Positions 9,255 through 18,148 of a stretch of 64,000 bases of DNA are shown here, piece by piece. Position 1 is the first letter of the stretch. Every line of letters begins with the position of its first letter. The stretch is from a virus (taxonomy: Duplodnaviria > Caudoviricetes). Below the pieces are notes generated by a model. The model was given only the letters and a program-made list of their open reading frames with translations. It was not told where the DNA came from and searched no databases. The stretch is from positions 36,587 to 100,586 of the IMG/VR virus record IMGVR_UViG_3300025597_000009. One strand, 5' to 3'. A program made the translations under genes and the position numbers.

Positions 9255-9520
9255 TTGGTATGTGCTGGTTTTAGGATATGTTCCTTTACTACTTCTAAGA
9301 AATCTAGGTAGCTATATGTTTGGCCAGATATATTATTTATAAAAAGATATTGATCAGAAATTGTCATACTCAAATAAATTCTTAGGTCAGTATCCACTAG
9401 AATAGTTGACTTACGGCATTTGAACTTTACATTTTCTGGGTCAAGTCTAAATATATTTAGAGAGCCAGAATTTATAAACCCTAACTTCCTTAACTCCTCA
9501 TATATACTATCGCGTGTCAT
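9251..9520 (-). CDS. Paralogous small protein, copy 3
   Basis: ELRKLGF...VKFKC..TIL...RIYL...NISG. Confidence 0.7.
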   Translation of the reverse strand: MTRDSIYEELRKLGFINSGSLNIFRLDPENVKFKCRKSTILVDTDLRIYLSMTISDQYLFINNISGQTYSYLDFLEVVKEHILKPAHTK

Positions 9521-9795
9521 GATTGTATAGCTAAAGCCTTTTCCAATGCGGCTTTAAGAGTATCTAGCGTATAGACTTTACCCTCAAACTCTCTGTAAGC
9601 ATAGGTATTATCATTAACTACATACGGCCACCAATAGATACAATTAGGAGTCATTAGAGCTACTTCTAATTGGATAGTATGATACAAATTATACTTAACA
9701 AGCTTAGTATAAAGAACATACCTTGTAAGGCTTTGTTTAATAAAACCCAAGCTCTCGAAATATTCTTTAAATTCCTTAGGTATCATGGTTATCAC
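9517..9795 (-). CDS. Paralogous small protein, copy 2
   Basis: FESLGF...IYWW. Confidence 0.65.
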   Translation of the reverse strand: MITMIPKEFKEYFESLGFIKQSLTRYVLYTKLVKYNLYHTIQLEVALMTPNCIYWWPYVVNDNTYAYREFEGKVYTLDTLKAALEKALAIQS

Positions 9796-10061
9796 GTTTT
9801 GATTAGTATGTACTTCTTTACTACCTCTAAAAAACCTGAATAGTCATACCAACTACCAGAAATATTTGTTCTAAACAAATAGCCATCAGACCAATCTGCA
9901 TGTAGGTATATTCTAATTTCTGGAGTGATTAAGATCGTTGTTTTAAGGCATTTGAATTTAACCTTTCTTGGGTTCAGTTTCAATACATCATATTTTTCAG
10001 CAGTAACATGCTGTACAAATCCCAACTTGCTTAGCTCTGCATATAAAGCTTCCTTTGTCAT
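9792..10061 (-). CDS. Paralogous small protein, copy 1
   Basis: ELSKLGF...VKFKC..TIL...RIYL...NISG. Confidence 0.7.
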   Translation of the reverse strand: MTKEALYAELSKLGFVQHVTAEKYDVLKLNPRKVKFKCLKTTILITPEIRIYLHADWSDGYLFRTNISGSWYDYSGFLEVVKKYILIKT

Positions 10062-10345
10062 AACACTTCTTTTACTCTTCCAAAGACTTGCTTAGTCCAG
10101 CCATTGACGTATCCATGATTATTAGCAATTAATAATCCCTTGGTTGGATCAACAGCTTTTACCAAATGAGTAAACAGGTTACCCTTCACTTTGCAAAAAA
10201 CAACATCACCTACTTTGACATCTTTCAATTCTACTGGTTCCAGTATGTGTTTCTGTCCAGATTTGATCAAAGGAGTCATAGAGTTCCCTTTCTCTGAGGT
10301 TTCAAAAGTCTCCCCCTTTGCTAACCGCTCAATCTTATAGTTCAT
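10058..10345 (-). CDS. S24/S26 peptidase-like protein
   Basis: GNSMTPLI...GDVV...H motif. Confidence 0.7.
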   Translation of the reverse strand: MNYKIERLAKGETFETSEKGNSMTPLIKSGQKHILEPVELKDVKVGDVVFCKVKGNLFTHLVKAVDPTKGLLIANNHGYVNGWTKQVFGRVKEVL

Positions 10346-10563
10346 TATTCACATTCAATAATGAATGCAGTTTCCTGCTGACCATCTATGGTTACTCGGT
10401 GAGTTCTAAGTGTCTCAAAATATTGACCTCCTTTAGTTAAAGGGGCAACCACTCCTTGATTATTAAACCACTCTTCACAGTTTTGTTCTCCTTCTCCAGA
10501 AAACCATTGGAGTAATACTTGAGCCTGTCTGTCTGATAGGTTTGTAAAAATTGCAACTGCCAT
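10345..10563 (-). CDS. Hypothetical protein
   Basis: 72 aa ORF. Confidence 0.55.
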   Translation of the reverse strand: MAVAIFTNLSDRQAQVLLQWFSGEGEQNCEEWFNNQGVVAPLTKGGQYFETLRTHRVTIDGQQETAFIIECE

Positions 10564-10658
10564 AAGCTTGCTAACGATTAAGGATATACGTTAATAAAAA
10601 AGTGGTTTAATTGAAAGTGTGTTGTTACACCAAAAGCTATCTGGCCTTTGTTAAGCTC

Positions 10659-10871
10659 TTACCCTAAATACTTCTGAATCAGGCTCAACTTTTTCCATTT
10701 ATCTTCAATATTTTTTGGAAGAGTTGGTAAATTCTGAATTTCCTGTTCTAGTGGTGAAATGTCTTCTGTATCAAAGGCCATTGTAGTAGTTCCAGCCACC
10801 TTTGGATTTACTAATAAATAATGTCTGTGATTAGTGGCATCACTGATAATACTTCCACTTAAGTAGTACAT
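10659..10871 (-). CDS. Hypothetical protein
   Basis: 70 aa ORF. Confidence 0.45.
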   Translation of the reverse strand: MYYLSGSIISDATNHRHYLLVNPKVAGTTTMAFDTEDISPLEQEIQNLPTLPKNIEDKWKKLSLIQKYLG

Positions 10872-10891
10872 AATAGTCGAGGATTTGTTAG

Positions 10892-10976
10892 TGGGTACAC
10901 TAGGAGTCGAACCTAGACAAGTTTTAAACTACCAGATTTACAGTCTGGCCCCATTGACCAATATGAGACTGTACCC
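10892..10976 (-). tRNA. tRNA-Tyr(GTA)
   Basis: GGGTACA/TGTACCC acceptor; CCAGA CTGTAAA TCTGG anticodon arm; long variable arm; TTCGA T-loop. Confidence 0.9.
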
Positions 10977-11366
10977 AAAAAACTGCCTATCTTCAATTTG
11001 TGCTAGGCAGTAGGCATTCTAAGTAAACAACAAAATAGTAGCTTTATTTTTTAACTGAGCTATGTTTAGGATCAACAATAGCACTCGCAGCAATAGTCAT
11101 CACTTTATTAGGCTTGTTTGGATCAACCCACTCATATTTATTTATCTTCCGAGTGCCTGCAATAGCTAATACCAATAAGTCTAAATTGTTCTTACTAGCA
11201 GCAAAACTGGAATGAAAATTATTCAGAATTTGATAAGTTGTGTCCAAAAAATAGATTGTCAACATGATAATAAAAGGTAAGTTTTCTGTAAAAACAATTG
11301 CCACTTATATAACCTTTAGTACAAAGATCAATACTTTCAGGTATAGCTTAAAAATTCTAACAAAAG

Positions 11367-11951
11367 TTAGTTATTAGAGAAAGGAGTTGAATTTTGCTTG
11401 TGGGCTACTCTAAATTTATTTGCCAATACATTAATAGCCTCTGTAAATAAAGGTCTATTATAGTCTAACTTTTCAACCAATTCCTCATTTTGAGCTATTT
11501 TGTCAAGAAACTCTTCCCGCTTTTCTTCATATTGCTCTGGAGCTTGAACAGCCATAGCCCCTAAACTATAGGTAAATAATATCATAGTAAGCTGTAGAGC
11601 TTGATCTGTTAGAATACCAGCTCCATTTTTAAATAGATTCCCTTCTTTATCCATAAAGGAAAAACTTTGACTCTCTAGATCAATCATTAGATCGTACATT
11701 GCTGCTGAAGGCATAAGAGCATTTGGGCTGGGGGCAAAAACAATCAAATTGAGCATTAATTCACTTATATTAGTGAATGCATTGTATTGAAGGGAGCTAT
11801 TAGTATCTGATTTTTCTATTTCTTGGAGTGCAAATGCAAGAAAGCCATTTACTTTTTCTTCAAGAGATATTTTACCATTTCCACTAGCTAATAGTGTTTC
11901 AAAAGCTTCCTGCAAATACTCTTTGTTCAGATTCAAATTTAATAATGGCAT
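11367..11951 (-). CDS. Hypothetical protein
   Basis: 194 aa ORF. Confidence 0.65.
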   Translation of the reverse strand: MPLLNLNLNKEYLQEAFETLLASGNGKISLEEKVNGFLAFALQEIEKSDTNSSLQYNAFTNISELMLNLIVFAPSPNALMPSAAMYDLMIDLESQSFSFMDKEGNLFKNGAGILTDQALQLTMILFTYSLGAMAVQAPEQYEEKREEFLDKIAQNEELVEKLDYNRPLFTEAINVLANKFRVAHKQNSTPFSNN

Positions 11952-12012
11952 ACAATTAGTTGGAATTTCATAAGGAGTCTAGCCCTATGTAATAGAGAGC
12001 CAGACTCCAGGT

Positions 12013-12300
12013 TTAATTGTGATTGCTTTTTGCATTTCGTGTTATAGTAAGAAGGTTACCAACTTGTTCAGCTTCTTTAAACATCTGCTGGACACCTCCT
12101 TTTTTTGTAGCAGCTACCTGTTTGGTAATGAACATGAAACAGTATGTCTCTACTGCTTTTAGATTAAAATCAGTAGGTTCAGCTTCATAATTCTGAATTG
12201 CCTTTTTAATCAGGTTAACAACTGCCGGTACTGGCAAACTTTCAGCCAGTGTTCCAAGCATTTCCGTAATGGGGTTTTGATTATGCATAGACTGGTGCAA
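12013..12300 (-). CDS. Hypothetical protein
   Basis: 95 aa ORF. Confidence 0.6.
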   Translation of the reverse strand: MHQSMHNQNPITEMLGTLAESLPVPAVVNLIKKAIQNYEAEPTDFNLKAVETYCFMFITKQVAATKKGGVQQMFKEAEQVGNLLTITRNAKSNHN

Positions 12301-12652
12301 TGGTTCTATGATAGGTCATCATACAGAATTCATAGTTATTAGGGTCTTCTGTATTGATGTGACCTTTTTGAGATGGATCTTTAATCCGGTATGGTAATTT
12401 TGCAACTAGTACCACACTTTTATCATCTAATTGGGTCATGTTCCTATTCACTGTTACGCGCTTTCCTGTTAGTTTAGAAATCATATTAGCTACAGCATCA
12501 TAGCCAACTGAAGAGCTAACTTCTTCTGCATCTTGCAGAATCATTTTGAATGTATCTTGATCAATTGTTGTTCTCATAAAGATACCATCCTGAGGCATCA
12601 TTGCTGAGTTCATTACATATACTTTGGACATACTCTTATGTAAATAAAACAC
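12281..12652 (-). CDS. DUF1874 / AcrIII-1 (YddF, STIV B116-like) family protein, His->Tyr variant
   Basis: KVY.MN...ID..F...SSVGYD..A..I..L.G...NR...L...V...R pattern of DUF1874; likely start MSKVY. Confidence 0.75.
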   Translation of the reverse strand: MFYLHKSMSKVYVMNSAMMPQDGIFMRTTIDQDTFKMILQDAEEVSSSVGYDAVANMISKLTGKRVTVNRNMTQLDDKSVVLVAKLPYRIKDPSQKGHINTEDPNNYEFCMMTYHRTIAPVYA

Positions 12653-12668
12653 TGAACGTTAATTTCTT

Positions 12669-13001
12669 TCAGTTCTGGAATTTATTTACATAGTTTGTAG
12701 CACTGCTCTTGACCAACTCCCTCTCTAATTCTTTTTGTTCTACAACCATGAACATCGCAGCTAATCCCTGTTTGCCATAGCAAAACATTGTACCCTTCCT
12801 TTTTAAGGTTGGAATAATTTTAGTAACAATCTCGTATACACTATTGCCTTGACTAACTTCTTCAATGTTTCCAGTTGTTTTATCAATAGCTATGAGAATA
12901 AACTTGTCTAACTCTTCACACTTTTTTACCACCTTGTCGATGTTTAATTCTAGCAGTACTTTAATACCAGCAGGAATATCATCTTCTTCCTCTTCATTCA
13001 T
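12669..13001 (-). CDS. Hypothetical protein
   Basis: 110 aa ORF. Confidence 0.6.
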   Translation of the reverse strand: MNEEEEDDIPAGIKVLLELNIDKVVKKCEELDKFILIAIDKTTGNIEEVSQGNSVYEIVTKIIPTLKRKGTMFCYGKQGLAAMFMVVEQKELERELVKSSATNYVNKFQN

Positions 13002-13020
13002 TGTTTAAAGTTGTTAAATG

Positions 13021-13051
13021 AAAAATAGAGCAGAGAATACTATCTCTGCTC
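13021..13051 (-). terminator. Intrinsic terminator downstream of VWA gene
   Basis: GAGCAGAGA/TCTCTGCTC hairpin + T-run on minus strand. Confidence 0.7.
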
Positions 13052-13064
13052 CAGTGTAAGACTG

Positions 13065-14378
13065 TTAATCAGCTTTTACACTAAATTCCTGATAAGAACC
13101 ACCAGATCGAATACAAAACTTCTGCATTCCTTCATGATCACCTTCCAGGATAAATCCATGGGTTACCACTTTAGGATACCAGCCTTCTTTAATATGGTCT
13201 TGGCCATCATTGATAATACAAATCTGTGGTCTATCCCCATTAAAGCTAACCTCACCTTCTTTTGTAGGTACACTACCTTTTTTAATAAATTCAATAGTGT
13301 TCTCAATTGCTCGTTGCATGTCAGTACCTCCTCTACCAAATTGGAAATACTTATTAAACTTTTCCCATACATGCAGACATTCTTCTCTAGTCTTGATAAC
13401 TAACCAATGAGGGTCTAGGCGGCTTTCAAATGTGCAAATGTAGAGTTCAGCATTTCCCTGACTTACCTGTTCACACCGATTTAGTAGTAAGGCTTTTACC
13501 CACCCAATTTTATCTGAATCATGCATGGAACCAGAGTCATCAATAAGCAGAATAAGTACTTGCTTATTGAAGCTAATTCTAACCCCCTTTTTGATCTCCA
13601 GTTGCTTGGTAGCCACTTTATAATTAAAGGTGGGCATAGCTAATTGAATAGCTCCAACTTTTTGTACTTCAGAGTATTGCTGTATACGCAACATCCGTGT
13701 CTTCCTGGCACTAGGATCATCTTCTTTGGATTTTGATCTATATGCTTTGATATTTCCTTTCCTGTTTAAAATGGAAAGCTTTTTCAATACATCCAGATTT
13801 TCAGCACCTAGTTGGCCAGCTCGAACACCATTGAATACAGAGGGATCTTGATCCCCTAGTAAAGCTTTCTCAGTGAAACTGTCAGCTGGCATAATTTTAC
13901 CAACCATCTCAGCATTCTCTTTTAGCTTTTTAGCAATATTGGCTCCTGATTGGTTTCCCTGGAATATAGGAAGTTCTTCTTCTTCAGTAGCTCCTCCTTT
14001 ACCTTTACGGCCACCTGCTCCCTGATTAGAAAGAGAATGGGCAATGTTTAAGGCTTGTTCCAGCGGAGTATCCCCATTGAAAACTGATACATCAATGTTC
14101 TTTAAGAATTCCTGAGCTTTCTTATTGAACTCAAACACACGTTCCTCTGCCTTTTCCTGAGTCTCCCCTTCTTTAGGTTCTACATTATCATAGTTCCAGG
14201 TAGAAGGTTTGGTAAAAGCTTTAGCACGTTCATCTTCAGGAAATGAAGTTAGATTGGCAATATCCTGTACTAATTGTACTGAATATGTACCCTGTAAATT
14301 CATTTTCTTCACTACATGCTCAATCTCTTTTTTGGATGGAGTGATGTAGTTTTTGTGGGGTACAGTTCGTTGGATCAT
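13065..14378 (-). CDS. VWA-domain protein (MoxR partner, ViaA-like)
   Basis: MIDAS LIDDSGSM, GGTD, IINDG; directly downstream of AAA ATPase. Confidence 0.85.
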   Translation of the reverse strand: MIQRTVPHKNYITPSKKEIEHVVKKMNLQGTYSVQLVQDIANLTSFPEDERAKAFTKPSTWNYDNVEPKEGETQEKAEERVFEFNKKAQEFLKNIDVSVFNGDTPLEQALNIAHSLSNQGAGGRKGKGGATEEEELPIFQGNQSGANIAKKLKENAEMVGKIMPADSFTEKALLGDQDPSVFNGVRAGQLGAENLDVLKKLSILNRKGNIKAYRSKSKEDDPSARKTRMLRIQQYSEVQKVGAIQLAMPTFNYKVATKQLEIKKGVRISFNKQVLILLIDDSGSMHDSDKIGWVKALLLNRCEQVSQGNAELYICTFESRLDPHWLVIKTREECLHVWEKFNKYFQFGRGGTDMQRAIENTIEFIKKGSVPTKEGEVSFNGDRPQICIINDGQDHIKEGWYPKVVTHGFILEGDHEGMQKFCIRSGGSYQEFSVKAD

Positions 14379-14381
14379 TGA

Positions 14382-15284
14382 TTAGGCTAGTGCTCCTAAG
14401 AAGTTCAAATCAGTATCAGCATTGGTTTTTTCCAAGGCATTATCCAGACAGGTTTTCTGGTATGTTTTCCAGATTTCCCGAAGTTTTTTGTATTGTGGCT
14501 GAAACTCATCTCTGAAGGATTGATCATCCAGAAACTTAATAACTCTCTCAGCTGCTTTACTGTACTGGATGTACCGGATAGGGGTATTCTTATCCACTGG
14601 AGGCAAATCAGAAAGCTGTTTGTGCATAGCATTAAACTTCTCTCTTTCCTGCCGAATAGCTTCAAATTCTTCCATTTGAGACTCAATCTCATTTACATGG
14701 TGAGGATCAAAGCCAGCTACATACTTCAGCCCAGACAAGCCAGCTGTGTTGTACACAATAGCTGCCTTAACAGCTGTTCTTGGAGAAATGAAATTGTTTC
14801 TACTTACTTCAGCCACAATTTGGGCAAACGTATGCATGGGTTTTTTGAGCACTTTATCAAACAGGAGTGCATAATCTTCCTGATTGTAAGTTTCCCATTC
14901 TACCCGGTGCTCTAAAGGAAAACGCTCCATCAAGGCTTTGATAGAATCATCCTCAGCAATTTCTTCCCGGCTTCTGTTGGTACAAACTACAATACACTTG
15001 GTTTTGATGGGTACTTGCTGATTTCCATTTCTGAACTGTTTTGAAGTTAGAATATCCTTGAGCTGTTCTAATACGGCTGTAGGAGCATCCAAACCTTCTT
15101 CCAGTATAACATACTCATGGCTCATGAAACTCCGTTCAATATTATATTCAATGGCACCATGGTCTTGAAATTCTTTCATTTTCAATCCCCCTAACAAGGA
15201 TTCTATTGTTGAGCCCTGGCCAAGTGATTGAATAAACGGCTTTTCATCAATAGCCTTAAAGAATGCTTCACTCATTTCACTTTT
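14382..15284 (-). CDS. MoxR/RavA-like AAA+ ATPase, exon 2
   Basis: Begins KSEMSE (completes Walker A), Walker B VILEE, sensor CTN, Arg finger ALMERF, ISPRT. Confidence 0.85.
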   Translation of the reverse strand, partial: KSEMSEAFFKAIDEKPFIQSLGQGSTIESLLGGLKMKEFQDHGAIEYNIERSFMSHEYVILEEGLDAPTAVLEQLKDILTSKQFRNGNQQVPIKTKCIVVCTNRSREEIAEDDSIKALMERFPLEHRVEWETYNQEDYALLFDKVLKKPMHTFAQIVAEVSRNNFISPRTAVKAAIVYNTAGLSGLKYVAGFDPHHVNEIESQMEEFEAIRQEREKFNAMHKQLSDLPPVDKNTPIRYIQYSKAAERVIKFLDDQSFRDEFQPQYKKLREIWKTYQKTCLDNALEKTNADTDLNFLGALA

Positions 15285-16555
15285 CTAATTGTTATTAACC
15301 ACAGGCTTTTTATCCTGTGCTCTGGAAGTTTCCCTCATTTTCATCAGTTGGTCATTTCCAACTCAGTATAGCATATATTTTCACCTCCAACTCAATGGTA
15401 AGGTGGGGAACACTCGTGGTAGTATTATAGTCTGTTTTACAGGATCAACTACTATGCGTTACACTACCAATAAATCTTTAAGTTATTGGTTAGCTCGGTA
15501 TTAGCACTTCACTTTGAGCCTTCACCGATTTTGCTCCCTCATAATCCAAGATATTTCTATCCTGGACGGCAAATCCAAAATTCTTGAAAAGTTGGTATCT
15601 GTTGTACTTTCTATCTAAATGCAAAGAACTAGTTTCATATAGCTTTTTTAAAATATCAATACTGTCTGGACAACTATAAGAAGTCTCAAAAACAAAGTGG
15701 CTTGCTGTTTCTTCAGAGTTAGCCAATAAGTAATTTCTTTCCCTATAGTTTAAGACCTTGTTAATACCTTGTAAAACATCTTTAGTGCCTAAAAATTTAA
15801 CAATTGGTTTGTATCCACTTGTGGTATGTGTAAATGTAAAGCAACCATCACCATCAAAGTAACCTCTTACAAAAGCTAGTTGATGTTTATTAGGTAGTTG
15901 ATTTTCAGACGGAAATAGTAAAGTTTCAGATTTTTTAGGAGTACATCCTAAACTAATTAGATCTAATCTCATTTGTTTACTATAAAAACAATATCGAGCA
16001 GCTTTCCCATCTTTAGTTAGATAGATTTTATTATCTGCCTTTATAAATTGCTTAAATTTTAACAAATGGTTCATATCACTAATTTTTAATCCTAGTTCAA
16101 TAGCATTTGTAGTCGAATGGATTGCACCATCTGCATACAAAAACCCAAGCCAGTAAGCTTTTTCATCAGTATCAATAGTTGAAAAGAGATTATGTTGAGT
16201 TCCTCTTTCATTTTGTCTATTGATAATCTGTATTCCATTAGCTTTGAGTATTTTAGATATTCTTTCTGGTCTTGTTTTGAACATTTTACCTATTTTTTCC
16301 AAACTGTAACCTTGCTTATAATACTGTATGTATTCTTCAGCTGTACCTAATGTTTGATTTTGTTGATTTAATACACATACCCCCTTACTTCTTAGATACT
16401 TATTAATAATGTAAGGTGAATTCCCAAATTGTTTTACAAGAGAAGCTATACTTCTTTGATTTACAACATACTCATACTCAATTAATTTACCTAACTCCTC
16501 TTCCATATCTACACATATTTAACTATATGTAAATATACGAATTTTAGATGTGTTT
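15285..16555 (-). mobile_element. Group I intron with LAGLIDADG homing endonuclease
   Basis: Exon 1 ends in U (GGT), intron ends in G; splicing restores GKGGHG|KS; core-like elements AAATCGGTGAA, AACGCATAG, AATATATGCT. Confidence 0.88.
15490..16506 (-). CDS. LAGLIDADG homing endonuclease with N-terminal HTH-like repeats
   Basis: YWLGFLYADG and FVRGYFDGDG motifs. Confidence 0.92.
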   Translation of the reverse strand: MEEELGKLIEYEYVVNQRSIASLVKQFGNSPYIINKYLRSKGVCVLNQQNQTLGTAEEYIQYYKQGYSLEKIGKMFKTRPERISKILKANGIQIINRQNERGTQHNLFSTIDTDEKAYWLGFLYADGAIHSTTNAIELGLKISDMNHLLKFKQFIKADNKIYLTKDGKAARYCFYSKQMRLDLISLGCTPKKSETLLFPSENQLPNKHQLAFVRGYFDGDGCFTFTHTTSGYKPIVKFLGTKDVLQGINKVLNYRERNYLLANSEETASHFVFETSYSCPDSIDILKKLYETSSLHLDRKYNRYQLFKNFGFAVQDRNILDYEGAKSVKAQSEVLIPS

Positions 16556-16705
16556 ACCATGTCCACCTTTCCCAAACAAGACTACATTTTCATTTGTTAT
16601 GTACCCTAGGTGTAGAATTTCAGCAACTTGATCTACATAAATGAAGTTTTTGTTAAGAGCTTCTTTAACAGCTTCTAATGAAATAGAGGTTCCTTTAGAT
16701 TTCAT
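16556..16705 (-). CDS. MoxR/RavA-like AAA+ ATPase, exon 1 (50 aa)
   Basis: Manual translation MKSKGTSIS...ENVVLFGKGGHG. Confidence 0.85.
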
Positions 16706-16889
16706 GAAATTTTTAATAAACAGTAACTAATTGCCTACCTTTTTAGTACAGTTGTCGGCTGTTCTGTAGAAAGAGAAGAAATTGAGAAAGCTTGTATAAT
16801 TCTATTCACAAAGATCAAGGGTCTTTGCTTTCAAATAAGCTTTCTCTAACAACTTCTGGTTATTGTTATTCTATTGTGATAATAGCCAC

Positions 16890-17255
16890 TTAAAACCAAT
16901 CATGAGGATCATAGAGCTGTAGTCTGACAAAAGCATGATGCATGTCTTCTTGATCCTGATAATGGTGAATTTCAGTAACTTGAGTAAGTCTCTCTCGTAC
17001 ACTACCTACATAACTAGCTCCCTGATACACATCCAATTCCAGAAAAGGCAATTGTTCAGTAGTAAAGCCAGGATACTTTCTGTCCAGAGGAAACTGATAG
17101 ACTTCCTCATTACACTCATTGAGCACACTGATCTTATCAGCATGTTTTACACATCTTAACATAAGGGTATGATTTATAGGGTTATTAATGAGGAATTCAG
17201 TTTCTTGGGATAAAAAACTTATCTTTAATTTAAAGTCAGGTATCCCTTGATGCAA
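16890..17255 (-). CDS. Hypothetical protein
   Basis: ORF; start uncertain. Confidence 0.5.
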   Translation of the reverse strand: MHQGIPDFKLKISFLSQETEFLINNPINHTLMLRCVKHADKISVLNECNEEVYQFPLDRKYPGFTTEQLPFLELDVYQGASYVGSVRERLTQVTEIHHYQDQEDMHHAFVRLQLYDPHDWF

Positions 17256-17437
17256 GTGTTTTTGGTCTTGTCAAAAAGCTTTCCAAATACATGGTCATTA
17301 ACTTTCTCAATGACCCGAAATGTAAAACCATCTACAGTTACACCTGAGTTTCCTTTAAGAATCTCTTCTTTTTTGGTTAGTAACTGCTTAGCAATTGTGG
17401 GTAAAAATGGAAAGAATTTAGTGCCGTTGTGATGCAT
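17225..17437 (-). CDS. Hypothetical protein
   Basis: 70 aa ORF. Confidence 0.5.
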   Translation of the reverse strand: MHHNGTKFFPFLPTIAKQLLTKKEEILKGNSGVTVDGFTFRVIEKVNDHVFGKLFDKTKNTCIKGYLTLN

Positions 17438-17518
17438 AAGTCAATAACGGTTATTGATATACGTTTAACAAAGTGTAGAGCTACCCTAAGTGTTTGGCTT
17501 AAGATAGCTCTAGTTCAT

Positions 17519-18148
17519 TTAGGCAGCTACTTTATACAATGTACCCTGAATCTTGAGTGTTTTGATAGTCTGAAGATTCACCTGCCGAATACAATCATGA
17601 GGTGTTGTTTTCTTCTTACTTAACTCAACCACTTTCACATACCCTAACACATTTGGGTCCTGACCAGACAAGTATTGACCATTAAGCACCCTTTCTTCCC
17701 CTTTCTTTTTCTTAAAGGTTACAGTAAAGAAACGGCCACCAGCATTGCTCATCAGCTCAAAAGCCTTTTTCTTGCCAATTTTTATGACTTTAGAAGGTTG
17801 TTGAACTGGCAGAGCAGGAGTAGCTACAGCATTAGCTGCAATAGCTTGACCAAAAGCAGCTTGTACATCAGGAGTTTGCAAATTTGTCATGGTAATGTTT
17901 GGGTCTGAATAAATTCTGAATACACCTGTATCCTCAAAGGTAAATAGGCCTTGAGCAGTAAATCCTTGCATAAGCTTACTTACCAGTTCCTGAGTCCAAT
18001 TGTATTCTGGGTGATCTTCCCTGAGCTTTAATTTTATCTCCAGGGTGGTTACTCGATTGGTAGCTTTGAGCAGTTGTAAGGCTGCATCTAAACAAAGTTG
18101 ATCTCTTTTACTCATGATTTGAGCCAAATCACTTTTTTTATATGGCAC
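17519..18148 (-). CDS. Protein with wHTH-like N-terminus and WYL_2/SH3-like C-terminal domain
   Basis: FFTVTFKKKKGEERVLNG...IRQVNL.TI pattern. Confidence 0.55.
   Translation of the reverse strand: MPYKKSDLAQIMSKRDQLCLDAALQLLKATNRVTTLEIKLKLREDHPEYNWTQELVSKLMQGFTAQGLFTFEDTGVFRIYSDPNITMTNLQTPDVQAAFGQAIAANAVATPALPVQQPSKVIKIGKKKAFELMSNAGGRFFTVTFKKKKGEERVLNGQYLSGQDPNVLGYVKVVELSKKKTTPHDCIRQVNLQTIKTLKIQGTLYKVAA

Noticed and set aside
11044-11304. 86-aa minus-strand ORF
   Set aside because: Non-ATG start, no recognisable features, and an alternative reading is possible; could not support it.
14382-15275. Stand-alone 297-aa ATPase lacking Walker A
   Set aside because: It is exon 2 of an intron-split gene.
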